Shown here: positions 52,235 through 64,000 of the stretch, in pieces
Position numbering within the stretch: position 1 is the stretch's first letter
Layout: the number at the start of each line of letters is the position of its first letter
NCBI RefSeq assembly: GCF_018350175.1
Contig: NC_058383.1
Coordinates: 7,132,001 to 7,196,000 of the forward strand
Direction: 5' to 3'
Origin: Felis catus
Taxonomy: Eukaryota
Length of the DNA stretch: 64,000 nt
The notes under the pieces: model-generated
What the model saw: the letters and a program-made list of their open reading frames with translations, nothing else
Database searches by the model: none
What the model was told of the DNA's origin: nothing
Translations under genes and position numbers: made by a program

Positions 52235-54277
52235 CTTCCGGCCATATGGCAGCCAAGATGAGCAGAGAAACCCTCCCCATATAGCACACCGACAAATGAT
52301 GGGTTCCATGCAAGAAAGCATCTTCTACTAACGTGTGAATGGGCTGGTGGGAAAGTAAGGGAGTCCCTTGGAGGCCAGAAAAAAATGACAGAAAGCAGCA
52401 ATCCAGAGGGATAAGCACACTGTAGAGTGACTTTTCCCTAGAGTGTCTGCTCATCTCTGGTGCCCAGAACATGGGTTTTAACAGGTGACACACCAGGGGG
52501 ATAGGAGACAAAACCAGGGACCTGAGCCTTCTGCCTAAAGCTAGGAACCTCTAAGGACAACACCCTGAAAGGTGAATCGAGGCACCTGGGTGGCTCAGTC
52601 GGTTGAGCATCTGACTTCAGCTCAGGTCATGATCTCCTGGTTCGTGGGTTCCAGCCCCGCGTCAGGCTCTGTACTGACAGCTCGGAGCCTGGAGCCTGCT
52701 TTGGATTCTGTGTCTCCCTCTCTCTCTGCCCCTTCCCTGCTCATGCTCTGTCTCTTTCTGTCTCTCAAAAAGTAAAATAAAATGTTAAAAAAAAAAAAAA
52801 AGAGTAAAATCCACACCAAACAAGAAAATCATGGGGATATGTGGCTATTTGGGCCTTGGAAAATTCCTCAGCACAATGCCACCCTCACAAAGATTTGGTA
52901 CCTGAAATCACACTATCTGGGTGACCCAAAAGATCTCTAGCTAAAAATTTTTTAATCTTTTTTTTTAAGATTTTATTTTTAAGTAATCTCCACACCCAGT
53001 GTGGGGCTCAAACTTACAACCCCAAGATCAAGAGTTGGGTGCTCCACCAACTGAGCCAGCCAGGCATCCCGCTAGCTAAATCTAGTTTATAGTGACCCCA
53101 ATGTATTAATATTCCTGGGTATAAAACTGAATCAAACAGATTCTCACTATAAACCCAGGGTACACCTGGCCCCCACAGGGACAACCCTGAGGAGCTCACG
53201 ACAGGATGTCACTAGACTTTCATTTGAGGAAACACCCCAAGGGCCCTAGTGCCTAGTGTCAGCGGCCTGTTAGGGATGCCCCCCATTAGTCTTAACCCCA
53301 CCAGCTTTCACATCACAGAAGTCAACCTTGGGAGCCCACAGTTTCTGGAATGCTCTTCAGAAACTTTTATTTGTTCAGGGCAGCCTGCCAGGCCTTAGGT
53401 ACGGTATTGCTTTGTAATAGTAAATCATTACATTTAGTGGTACTTGGAGTTCTTTCAAAACCCTTGTACGGATGTCATCTGATCTCATGAGCTGAGCTCA
53501 CTTGCCAACAGCAAACTTAGGGTCACCAGCACTATTTCATGTAGACCCTCTGACTATTTGTGGGCCCGGCAATCCTCATTTCTTGGAATCTGTCCTTAGG
53601 AAATAATCAGAGAGGTCTTCAATGATCATGAACAAAGATGTTTTGCCTTTCCCATAGTGCCACTGGGAAAGGGTCTTCTTGGATTATTTACTTGTCTCTT
53701 TTCCCCCATACTGATGTAAGTGCCATTATTCCCTCTTCCAGTTAAGATTATGATTAAAAGAACAATATGGGGTGCTTGGGTGGCTTAGTCGGTTAAGGGT
53801 CCGACCTTGGCTCAGGTCATGATCTCATGGTTTGTGGGTTTGAACCCCGCATTGGGCTCTGATAGCGCAGAGCCTGGAGCCTGCTTCAGATTCTGTGTCT
53901 CCCTCTCTCCCTCTGCCTTCCCCCACTCATGCTCTGTCTGTCTCTCTCTCAAAAATAAAAATAAAAAAAGATAAAAATAACAGTAACCAGGATAAGCAAC
54001 ATGCATTGAGCGTTCACTGTGTGCCAAATGCTTTGCTATCAGACACTTACCTCCCACAGAGACGTTGTGAGGTCAATATCACCATTATCAGCTACCAGTT
54101 ATTATCAATCAATGATTAGCAGTTATTAACTATCATCATTTTACAGATGAAGAAACTGAAAGCTTAGAGATAGGTTATTAAGCAGCCCCAAACACATAAC
54201 TAGTTAATGGTGGAGTTGAGACTTGAACTCAGCTCCATTTGACTCTAATTTGTACACTTGGAATAAGTACACTATGC

Positions 54278-55094
54278 CTGGTATCTGGTGAAGCTTAAGA
54301 GGAATTCAGCAGATTCTTTTTTTTTTTAATGTTTATTTCTGAGAGAGAGCGAGAGAGAGAGAATGAACAGGGGAGAGGCAGACAGAGAGAGAGACAGAAT
54401 CCAAAGCAGGCTCCAGGCTCTGAGCTGTCAGCACAGAGCCCGACGTGGGACTCAAACCCACGAACCACGAGATCATGACCTGAGCCGAAGTCAAGACACT
54501 TAACCCACTGAGCCACCCAGGTGCCCTGGAGTTCACCAGATTCTTCAGTCATCCCATGGATTAAACAATGTCTCAGAGAAGAGTGTCCTAGATATTTAAG
54601 CTTCATGTCCAGTGGGCAGAAACTGTTGGTCAGTACTCAAATTTCTGCCCGTTCTGCCCTAAGGAGCTCAGCTGTCCTATTTTTCTCCCTGTTGGCTACT
54701 TTTGCTCAGGTTCTTACCTTCCATACAGCTCACAGATACCATGCCCCAGGTAGTGAATCTTCATACATCTCAGCCAATCATGGTTGGCTAGTTCCATCCT
54801 CTAAGCTCTGATGGTTCTTGGCGTGGCTATGTGATTCTCTTTGTAGCTGAAGAGATGTGAAAGTCTGCTGGGAATGGGGGTGGGGGCAGAATTATGAGAT
54901 TTTCTAACACAAGAGAGAAGGCAGCCCCGTCTCTTTTGCATCTCTGACATCTCAATTCTGTGTGGCTTCTGGGAAATGTTTTCCATATCTTTGGGAAGGA
55001 GAAAGGTTTTTCTCTCATCCACAAACCTGTCTGCATCACTCCCATAATCCCACACATCTGACAGGTGCTTCTGGAAGGTTTCTCTCAGTGAAAC
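54278..55094 (-). pseudogene. Decayed gene, candidate exon C (interrupted by a SINE)
   Basis: TGCAG| VSLRETFQKHLSDVWDYGSDADRF.. (phase 0); later frame LAEMYEDSLPGAWYL*AVWKVRT*AKVANREKNRTAELLRAERAEI*VLTNSFCPLDMKLKYLGHSSLRHCLIHGMTEESGEL. Confidence 0.5.
54316..54526 (-). mobile_element. CAN-SINE inserted in candidate exon C of the decayed gene
   Basis: Near-identical TSDs GAATTCAGCAGATTCT / GAGTTCACCAGATTCT. Confidence 0.9.
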
Positions 55095-55375
55095 CTGCAT
55101 TCTCACAGTACAATCCATTATTTGAATAGCAAATATTTATCAGGAGTACTTGTGGGCACTAGGGGTGGGGTTGAGGTGGGGAGGATTGACATACATAAAG
55201 AGAAGTCGATGCTCAACGGAATAAAAACTCTGAGAGATTGTTAGGATCCTAGAAGAAAGGGGATGAAAAGAAGATTCTGGACAAAGCAGAGAACTTCAAG
55301 TGGGGATAAGCATTAGAGAGCTGGCTGGGGAATAATCCCTAATGGCTGAGATGACTGAAAATGTTAAATATTCAC

Positions 55376-55491
55376 CTTGAGTTGATTCCAGTCTGCACTG
55401 TTATAATCTCCTTCATTTATTCAGAAACTGAAGGTTAAATCTATTGTGCACAACGATTTTATGTGTCATGGACCTTTCGTAGGTCTGGAAA
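55376..55491 (-). pseudogene. Decayed gene, candidate exon B
   Basis: CTCTTCTTCAG| SRPTKGP*HIKSLCTIDLTFSF*INEGDYNSADWNQLK |GTGAAT; starts phase 1, ends phase 0. Confidence 0.55.
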
Positions 55492-57604
55492 CTGAAGAAG
55501 AGGCTGTTCCAGGCCAGAGGACCCAGCAGGCAGTGGCACTTAGGGGCAGGAAGAGGTGGGGGGGGTGGCAACAGAGCTGACCTCAGAGCAGGTTTGAGAC
55601 AACTCCCTCTTCTACTAGCAGAGAGGGACCTCTCTGCAGAAGAGGGACCCCACACAACCCTTCCTGCTTCCCTGAGAAACCTGCAATCAGGCCAGAAAAA
55701 GGTGTTTATGTGCCTCTGGATTTATGCACCTTTTCACTTTGTATTTTGGTGACCCACACCTTAGTCTAGTGTCTCCTACCGGACTTCTTGAAAAATTCTT
55801 GAAGACCAGCTCAATGTCACTTTTATATCCTCCAAAATCAAGCATAATACTTGATACATAATAGGTGATAAATGGCTATAAATAAAGTCTGCCATAAGTC
55901 TGTGGTGCGGCCCAATAAATTAAGTATGGTCAATAGAAGGGCATTTGTCATCCTTCTGGTGTAAGTAACTTAGCTACAGAACGAAGATAAGAATTAAATC
56001 TCTTTGGGGAAAAATATGGTAATAGATTTTTAAAGTTCATACCTATTAACTCAGTAAACCCACTTGTAAGAGCCCGTCGTAATTAAATAATTCAAAAGAC
56101 ATTTGCGTAAAAATCTTCATTCAAATGTTTCTTCGACTAGCAAGACATTAGAAGTATTCTATGTGTCTAGAAATAGAGAAATTCTTTTTTTTTTTAATTT
56201 TTTATTATTTCTTTAAAGTTTATTTTGAGAGAGAGAGAGATAGAGAGCAAGCCAGGGAGGGGCAGAGAGAGAGGGAGACAGAATCCCAAGCAGGCTTCGC
56301 ACCCTCAGCGCAGAGCACGACACAGGGCTCAAACTCGTAAACTGTGAGAGCATGACCTGAGCCGAACTCAAGAGTTGGACACTTAACAGACCGAGCCACC
56401 CAGGTGTCCCATTTTTTTTTAAAGTAAGCCCTACACCCAAGATCAAGAGTTACAGGTTCTACTGACTAAGCCAGTCAGACGCCCCTAGAAATAGAGGAAT
56501 TCTAAATAATTAATGGTACAGTTGCTCAATGGAATACTATATAGCTATTAAATGATAATTATCCATTCTGTGAGGCAAAATGTGAAATGTTAATGATATG
56601 ATATTAAGTGTTTTTAAATAGTACACATGAGGGGCGCCTAGCTGGCTCAGTTGGTAGAACATGGCAACTCTTGATCTCGGGGTTGTGAGTTTGAGCCCCA
56701 TGTTGGGCATAGAGATTACTTAATAAAAAAGATTTTAAAAAAGTAAATGGTACACATGATTTCACATCAATCAGACTGGGCTATTCCAGGTGGCAAGAAA
56801 CAAAGTTGGGTTCTTTTGTTGGCAAAGGATTTATTGTAAGGACACATGGAGACATAGGGCCACCGGTGCACTGACCTCTGCAGCAAAGTCGAGCAATCTC
56901 AAAGACAAAATGTTGTTTGGGGCCTGAAAGTTACTCAGATTGTCACCTCATTCTGCTGTGGGCCCTCAGCACCAGATGGCCCTCCTCTGTGAGCTCTGCC
57001 ATGTGGTGAACCAGCCCCTCATTGTCTTTGTTTCCATGACTCAGTTTTTCTCTCTATTCAAACCTCTGTTTACTCATGTCTTCTATGCTTCTATCACCTA
57101 ATGGCTTCGGCTTACTGATTTCTTCTTGTGCTGATTTTTTTTTTTTAAGTGAACACTGTGCTACACTCACAGCATTTTTTTAAGTTTATTTTCTTTAGTA
57201 ATCTCTACATCCAACATAGGACTCGAACATATGACCCTGAGATCAAGAGTCTTTACTTCCCTACTGTTCCATTAGAACTCTGAGGCCGGGCTGCCTCCAT
57301 AGTTCCAGTGGTCAGAGTATATCCAAGCTCAGCTTCCATCACATGCCCAGACCTGATCCATTCAACTCCGGTGCAAAAAGTGGTTACACAGCATTAATGT
57401 GGCAGGTACTTCAGGCTTCCCAGCCACCTATCCAATACAACTGTAGTTTTGAACGATGTTTGAAATAATAAATGAAAAAGGTGTACCTGGGTGGTTTAGT
57501 CGATTAAACATCCAGCTCTTGATTTCGGTTCAGGTCATGATCCCAGAGTCATGAGATGGAGTCCCAAGTCAGGATCTGTGCTGACAGCACAGGGCCTGCT
57601 TAGG

Positions 57605-57648
<44 letters not shown>

Positions 57649-57664
57649 ACTCCCCCATGCACGA

Positions 57665-57704
<40 letters not shown>

Positions 57705-58252
57705 ACTTCCCCATGCACAAGCTCACTCTCTCTCTCTCTCAAAATAAATCAATAAACTTTAAAAATAAAAATAATAATAAATAAAAAAGATATGATATGT
57801 ATGAAAGCAGAGAGGAAAGGGATAAATTAAAGCCATCACATTCTTGTTAGGGTAGAGGGATTACAAGTGATTTTTTCCTCCACTTTGCAATTTTCATTTA
57901 ATGATACTGTAATTGCCTCTTAGTTTTCATGGGTTTTGTTTTGTTTTGTTTTGTTTTGTTGAGACAGAGAGAGAATGAGTGGAGGAGGGGCAGAGAGAGG
58001 AGAGAGAGAGAATCCTAAGCAGGCTCCATGCTGAGGTGGTAGCTGGAGACCGGGCTGGATCTCACCTCACCACCATGAAATCACGACCTGAGCCAAAATC
58101 AAGAATTAGATGCTTAATCCACTGAGCCACCCAGGCGCCCGATCAAGTTTTTTTTGTTTTTGTTTTTTGTTTGTTTTTCTTTTAAGTAATCTCTCCCAAG
58201 GAATAGGAGTCGTGCAACCACTACTAAGTCCAGTCTCTCTCATGAACCTGAC

Positions 58253-58374
58253 TTGGAATATAGAGCAAAGTTACAACCATTAAAGCCTGTGGTCATCCTT
58301 ACACAGAAGGCAGAGCAAGGTTGACTTTCCCAGCTAAAGGTGAAGTGAGAATTATTGTAGGTTGTGAAAGTACC
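58253..58374 (-). pseudogene. Decayed gene, candidate exon A
   Basis: TTTTGCCTTCAG| VLSQPTIILTSPLAGKVNLALPSV*G*PQALMVVTLLYIP A|GTCAGG, ends phase 1; may be partly UTR. Confidence 0.4.
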
Positions 58375-58789
58375 CTGAAGGCAAAAGTGTCTGTTATTAC
58401 TCTGAAAACTCCCCTTAAACTGCTGTAATACCATATGCCACATGAGCAAAACACAGAATCTTGTAACTACTTTAGTTATGGAAATACGTCCTTTGTGCAC
58501 AGGCCAAATATTGGAAAACCCCACGCACTTAATTGACTGTCATCTCCAGGGTCGGAGAGAAGCTACCATGGCAGTTTTATGAAACCAGCCACCCCTGGCT
58601 TCCCTTTGATCTTCCTCTGTTTACATACCCCTGTTTCAGTTCCTTGGCCACAGACATACAATTACTAAGAATTATTATTGCTTGATAAGAACTATAATTA
58701 CTACAATGACTGCCCGAAATGGAAAGGGCAGGAGAGAAATCGAATTATTATATGGACTGGTGTCTGAGCTGGGCCGTTTGTGTCTCGTA

Positions 58790-59560
58790 AGCCTGAACCC
58801 CGCCTCCGGTCCATTCCCCGAATTAACTCCCGGCGCACCCGCCGAGCGCGGTAACCTTAAGACTGGAGGCTTGAGCACCGAAGGCAGGAGCGGGATCCAG
58901 CGATTCGGGAATCGAGATGCAAATTCCTCCTGCGCTCCTAGAGAGGACCCGGAAGCGCAGCGCAGTCCCGGAAGGCGAGATGCTGACACACTTCCTGTCT
59001 TTGTGACTCATTGTGTCTGTGTCGAGGCGTCGGGAGGGCCTAGGTCCGTGTGCAGCGCCGTTCTGCCGGCCTGAGCCCCAGAGTCAGCTCCCCTTTCTCG
59101 CCCAGCGCCCCCAGGCTGCTCCCGGGGCTCACGGTGAGACTTGGGGCCGGCCTCTGGGGAGGGCGGGCGGCGCCGCAGGGTGTGTGCGTGAGGGTGGGCT
59201 CTGCAGCTGCGGCCCCGGGGTCCCTCCAGGCGGCCCGGGGGAGTGTGGAGAAAGTCCAAGCCCCTGGCCCAACGGTTGGAAGCGCCGTCCCTCGGGAGAC
59301 GTCCCGCCCCGCCCCTGGGTCCAGGCGGGGAGGGGGTGAGGGTCTAGTGGCCGGGGGTACCCGGAGCCCTGGGGAGAAGCCGTCTGCGGGCCCCTTCCGG
59401 GCCCCTAGTCCGCAGTGTCGTCATCGTCCTTTGACGTTTCTGAGAACCGGGTCGCGAGCGAGCCGACCCCTGTCTGATTTTACTGCCCGTCCTTCGTCGC
59501 CATTTGCTTTGATTCCAGTGAGAGACTTTTTTTTCGGGGTCCTTCAGGACCTCGAGGTGA
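58790..59560. promoter_or_regulatory. CpG-island promoter, probably of ZKSCAN1
   Basis: CpG-dense; octamer ATGCAAAT 58917-58924, tandem CCGGAAG at 58949 and 58968, YY1-like CGCCATTT 59498-59505. Confidence 0.85.
58940..59133 (+). other. ZKSCAN1: Probable non-coding exon 1 of ZKSCAN1 (TSS approximate); intron 1 runs to the window end
   Basis: Ends CCCGGGGCTCACG|GTGAGA. Identity rests on AZGP1-ZKSCAN1 synteny and recalled resemblance to the human 5' UTR; no coding exon is in the window. Confidence 0.65.
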
Positions 59561-62500
59561 AAAATGAGGAAGGCCGAGTAATGGACACGTTTTGAGGTGC
59601 CGCTTACGTGTTTCCAGATCACCTGCTTCTCATCCCACCTCCACCCGCTAGCGGTGATTGAAGGATATTGGAAGCTTAGAGTGGATAAAGACGTGGTTCG
59701 GATCTAGTAGAGATTTTGTACATCCCACTTTCTCTTTCTGCCTTACGGAATATTTTGAAGACTTTTAAAAATGATCTGTCCGGAAGATTACGTGGTTCCC
59801 CCAACCCCCTCGGTTCTGGGTAGTTAACTCTTGCTTGTCTTCGAGTGGGTGAAGAGTGAAGGGAATTTGTGGAAATTGCACCCGGCCATCGGGAGACTGG
59901 TTGCCCGAGTGACCTTGTATTAGTGACCTAATACAGGACTCTTCTCCAGCTCTCAGTTTTGTCATCAGTAAAATTAACTCGATTTTCTCAAAAGGCCTTC
60001 CCACTTTGAAATTACTTGATTTGGCCAGTGCAATTGAAAAAAATTGAGCTACAGTTTAGCCTGAAGCTGTGCCCCTCCCTTCTCTTTCCTGCTGTGCCTC
60101 CAGGACACAATAAGATACTTTCATTTTAGAGAGTGGCTGTTACATGGCCTGGGACCAAAGAAAGCATTTATTGTACAGGCCAGTGCTGGGCGGATTGGAG
60201 GTGGTCAGTAAATACTTGTTGAATTGAATTGTGGAGAATTCATTGTAACCAGATCAACAAAGTACTGTTAGTATATATGCTGGCCATATGTGGAGAAATA
60301 GCTTTATTACAAAGGGAACCATAAGGATAATTTGCCCCAGAACATATCTCCAAGTTTATATTGTCTCTGAATCACTGTGCAAGATACCCATTCATTATTT
60401 CAGGCAGTTTTCCCCAGTCTTAAAGTACCAACAAGGAAGCTAGCTACTTAATACACATAGTCTTTTGTTGATTCTCTACTTAATCTAAACATTTTTTTTC
60501 TAACTTTATATTGCATCTAAATACAGGTGAGTGCTATGTTAAATTTTACCTTTTCATTCTGGAGTAGTATTGGTATTCTTTGGGTAGCTGGCTGTCTTTT
60601 AAAGGGAGCTTTTTCATGTTAAAAAAAAAATTAGGGGCACCTGGGTAGCTCAGTCGGTTAAGCATCTGACTTCGGCTCAGGTCATGATCTTGCATTTGTG
60701 AGTTCGAGTCCCATGTCGGGCTCTGTGCTGACAGCTCAGAGCCTGGAGCCCGCTTTGGATTCTGTGTCTCTCTTTCTGCCCCTCTCCTGCTCGTGCTCTG
60801 TCTCTCAAAAATAAATAAATGTTAAAAAAAAAAAATTAAAAAATTTAGGGTGCCTGGGTGGCTCGGTTGAACAGCTGACTCTTGATTTTAGCTCAGGTCA
60901 TGACCCCAGGGTCGCACGATCGAGCCCTGCATCGCGCCCCATATCAGGATCCAGGCTGAGCGTGGAGCCTGCTTAAGATTCCCCCCCCCCCCCCCCCCCC
61001 CCCCCCGTGCAGGCGCATTTTCTTAACCTGTGTCTGTAAAAAATAAAAAAAATATATGGAGTGCCTGTGTGGCTCAGTCGGTTAAGCATCTGATTTCGGC
61101 TCAGGTCATGATCTTGAGCTTCCTGAGTTCAAGCCCCGCGTTGGGCTCTTTGATGTCAGCACAGAGCCCACTTCAGATCCTCTGTCTCCCTCTGTATCTG
61201 TCCCTCCTCTGCATGTGTGCTCTCTCTCTCAAAAATAAACATTAAAAAAAAATTAAAATAAAATAATAAAGTAAAATAATTTTTTAAAAAGCTTAACAAA
61301 ACTTAAAAAAAAATTAAAGCTCTGTTCAGAAAAGGGAAGAGAGGGTGCCATTTGTTTAAACTTTCAAGACTATGCTCTGGAAAAGATACTGACCTGCTTA
61401 GAAAATAGCCTTTGGAATAAACCGAGCTTGTAACTCCAAGCCCTTTTTGTAAGAAAATCGTTGGTATTTGTCCTTGGTGACAACCGGTGGCTGGGGGTAA
61501 TCTTATCTAAATCGGATAGGGTGTCAGAATGTTTTTCAGCTCAGAGGGACCCCAGAGGTAGTTTTCTACTCCCCTCCCCCATTTGACAGATAAGGATACC
61601 GAGTGCCAGAGAGGTTGAATAATTCACTCAGGGATGTGTAACTTATTTGTGGGAGACTAGAGTTTAGGTATTCCAACCTGTGCTGCTTTCACTGTTACAG
61701 GAATTCTGTTGCTTAATGTTTTAAGCAGGCTGAAAATTGGGAAGTACAGTCATAGCTCTTAAGTTTGTGGAAAACAAGGTACTCCTCTACCGCTTACTGA
61801 ATGCCAGACGCTGTTTAAAGAGCTTCGTATATGTTAACTCACGTAATCATCACGACAACTCTGAGGAAAAATTTTTTTTATTCCCATTGCACAAATGCAG
61901 AGAGATGTTAACTTACTGAAAATGATCAGCTGGTAAGTGGTAGGGTAGCTTATTGAAGCTTCTCCAAATAGCCCCTGGGGCTAATTTGAGGGCAGTACTG
62001 AGTGCTGTATGAGTGGGCAGAAAAATACCACACTGTAAATTCAGCAAGTATTTCTTTAAAACTAGGTGTTTGCAAGGAATCATACCAAGTGGTCTAAGAG
62101 GTACAAAGAAACATTCCCTTGGGTGCCTGGCTGGCTCAGTTGGTGGAGCCTGCAACTCTTGATCTCTAGGTGGTGGGTTCGAGCTCCACGTTGGGCATAG
62201 AGCTTACTTTAAAAAATAACAATTAAAAAAAATGAAGAAACCTACTTTAGCAATTAGTCCAGTTGAGGAGGAAGGCGTGAACAATTACATTACAGAGAAA
62301 GAAATACAACTTCCATGGCAGATGCTTGGCAGAGAGCATTTGGGCCAGAAGTTTAGAGAGAGGAGAAGAGGTGGTTTGCTCAGATCATTTGAGAAACCCA
62401 AAATAAACCCAGCCCTTCCCACTGCTGTTGTGACTTTTCTCTTTGCCTAAGTAGGAGCAGAAATGTTGAGGGATGGGGGAGAGGGCCTCATAACTGGGGG

Positions 62501-64000
62501 AAGAGGGAATGTGCCTATGCCCTCATCTCTGCCCCTTTGGGTCTCACTTCCTCCTCAGAGTCTCTTCCTATTGAGTCCCACTGACCCAATAAATATCCCA
62601 CCTTGCCCCCACCCCCCAAGCAAGCTCTGTGCCCAACGTGGGCCTTTGAACTCAACAACTCCGACATCAGGAGTCACATGCTCCACCAACTGAGCCAGTC
62701 AGGCACCCCAGGAAGTATCCCAGTCTTTAAAACTCTGGCCTAGGTGTGGGCCCAAATCAAGATTCCTTTCCTTTAGTCTCCTTCGTATAGCTGAGACAGG
62801 ATAAAATTTTCATGAAAATATGAACATTTTTCTGATGCTAGACTAATTTCTACACCAGTCCTGCTCAGTTGCCCCTGGTTAGATTTGAGGTGATTCCTAC
62901 TTGTGTCTCCTGCTGTGTCTCCTTAGCCACACAGCTCCCTGGTGAAAACAGATGGCAAATGAGGCCCATTCCTGGGTGGTGATCATTCCTGGGAGGCACC
63001 TTCAGAAGCCTTTCCTCTGGGAAAGAACCTGTGTGCACACAGAAGCTCTTCCTAACCCCACGTGTTGGGACGGAAGGAGTTTGGCATGATGGCTAGAGCT
63101 TCAGCTGAGGGTTCCTAATACCAAATCCTACCTCTGCCCTTTAATTGCTGTATGACCTTGGGTGTGTTATTTAACGTCAGTAAGCCTTAGTTTTGTCATT
63201 GTAAAGTGATATGATCATCATAGCTCCCTGCTAAGATTGTTCTGTGAAATACTTAATATCTGGTCCATGGAAAGCACTCAACGAATATGAGTTCTTATGC
63301 CCCTGAATGAATGTTCTTGAACAGTGATGAGGGGCAAGTGGCATTTTAGCTAAGCTCTAAAGGATAAGTAGGATTTTAAAAGGCCAGAAGACTGGGAGAG
63401 GAAATCCCAGACATCGACTGTGATGTGAGAATAGGATGGTGATCAGAATCCAAGGCATATTTAGGAGCTACTCCTTTTGTGGATGGAAAAGGCTCATGCC
63501 GGAGAGGGAAAGAAATTGATGCCGATGGTGAACTTGAGAGGAAACTGGGACCAGGTACTGGGGACTGGTGACTGGAAAACTATAGAGGTTTAGGGGTTCC
63601 TTCGGTGGCTCAGTGGCCAAGCGTCCGACTTCAGCTCAGGTCATGATCTCACAGTCTGTGGGTTTGAGCCCCATGTTGGGCTCTGTGCTGATAACTCGGA
63701 GCCTGGAGCCCGCTTGGGATTCTGTGTCTTCCTCTGTCTCTCTCTCTCTGCCCCTCCCCCGCTTGCCCCTCATTGGGCTCTGTGCTGACAGTGGAGAGCC
63801 CACTTTGGAACTTCTGTCTCCCTCTCTCTCTGCGTCCTCCTCTCACACTCTCACTGTCTCTCTCTCAAAAACAAACAAACATTTTTTAAAGAGAGAAGAA
63901 AGAAAGAAAGCTATAGAGGTTTATGAAGTAGGGGGAAGGGGAATAAAGGCAGGAAGCCAAAGAGCGGAAGCCAGACCTGACAGAACTAGGTAATTACTTC

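Larger units (their letters stand above)
36210..58374 (-). pseudogene. Putative decayed multi-exon protein-coding gene of unknown identity
   Basis: About 12 non-repeat segments with AG acceptors and GT (or GC/GA-mutated) donors, matching phases at several junctions, and long frames with few stops. Confidence 0.6.

Noticed and set aside
53165..53400. Possible additional minus-strand fossil exon (RLTSVM*KLVGLRLMGGIPNRPLTLGT)
   Set aside because: Splice sites and frame are too ambiguous to call, although it would fill the phase mismatch between exons C and D.
58675..59622. ORFs of 60-180 aa across the second CpG island
   Set aside because: Same GC artefact; they run across a clear splice donor and contain no SCAN, KRAB or zinc-finger sequence.
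63590..63895. SINE with an internally repeated second half
   Set aside because: Ordinary chimeric or duplicated SINE with a TSD; no sign of function.
1..64000. Many recurrent ORFs of the type MAQSVKRPTSAQVMIS.. and GAPGWRSRLS..
   Set aside because: They are translations of CAN-SINE repeats, not genes.
1..64000. tRNA-like A/B-box sequences (GGTGGCTCAGTCGGTTAAG..GAGTTCGAGCCC)
   Set aside because: These are SINE heads followed by (CT)n and poly(A); I found no independent tRNA gene.

Overview
This is mammalian, felid DNA: it is dense in carnivore tRNA-derived CAN-SINEs, including young cat-type copies. It looks syntenic with the human AZGP1-ZKSCAN1 region. One intact protein-coding gene is visible: AZGP1 (zinc-alpha-2-glycoprotein, MHC class I-like; + strand, 4 exons, 15679-21454, 292 aa), whose stop codon sits on a normally conserved Trp codon. 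Immediately upstream (about 9.1-14.1 kb) is an ancient, degraded tandem AZGP1 paralogue with recognisable exons 2 and 3 and introns. A ~600-bp, much more similar direct repeat flanks the functional gene (14534-15139 and 22885-23474). Downstream are three strong CTCF-type motifs (25.1-28.7 kb) and a CpG-island promoter with no obvious gene (31.4-32.1 kb). A second CpG island (58.8-59.6 kb) is probably the ZKSCAN1 promoter and non-coding exon 1. The most unexpected signal is a chain of about 12 exon-like minus-strand segments between 58.4 and 36.2 kb, head-to-head with ZKSCAN1. They have splice sites, matching intron phases at several junctions, and protein-like frames broken by stops, frameshifts and transposon insertions. 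I read this as a decayed multi-exon gene that I cannot name, possibly a multi-OB-fold protein. The rest is SINE, L1, L2/MIR, CR1/L3, LTR and DNA-transposon fossils. All alignments and repeat-family calls were made by eye; repeat boundaries are approximate.
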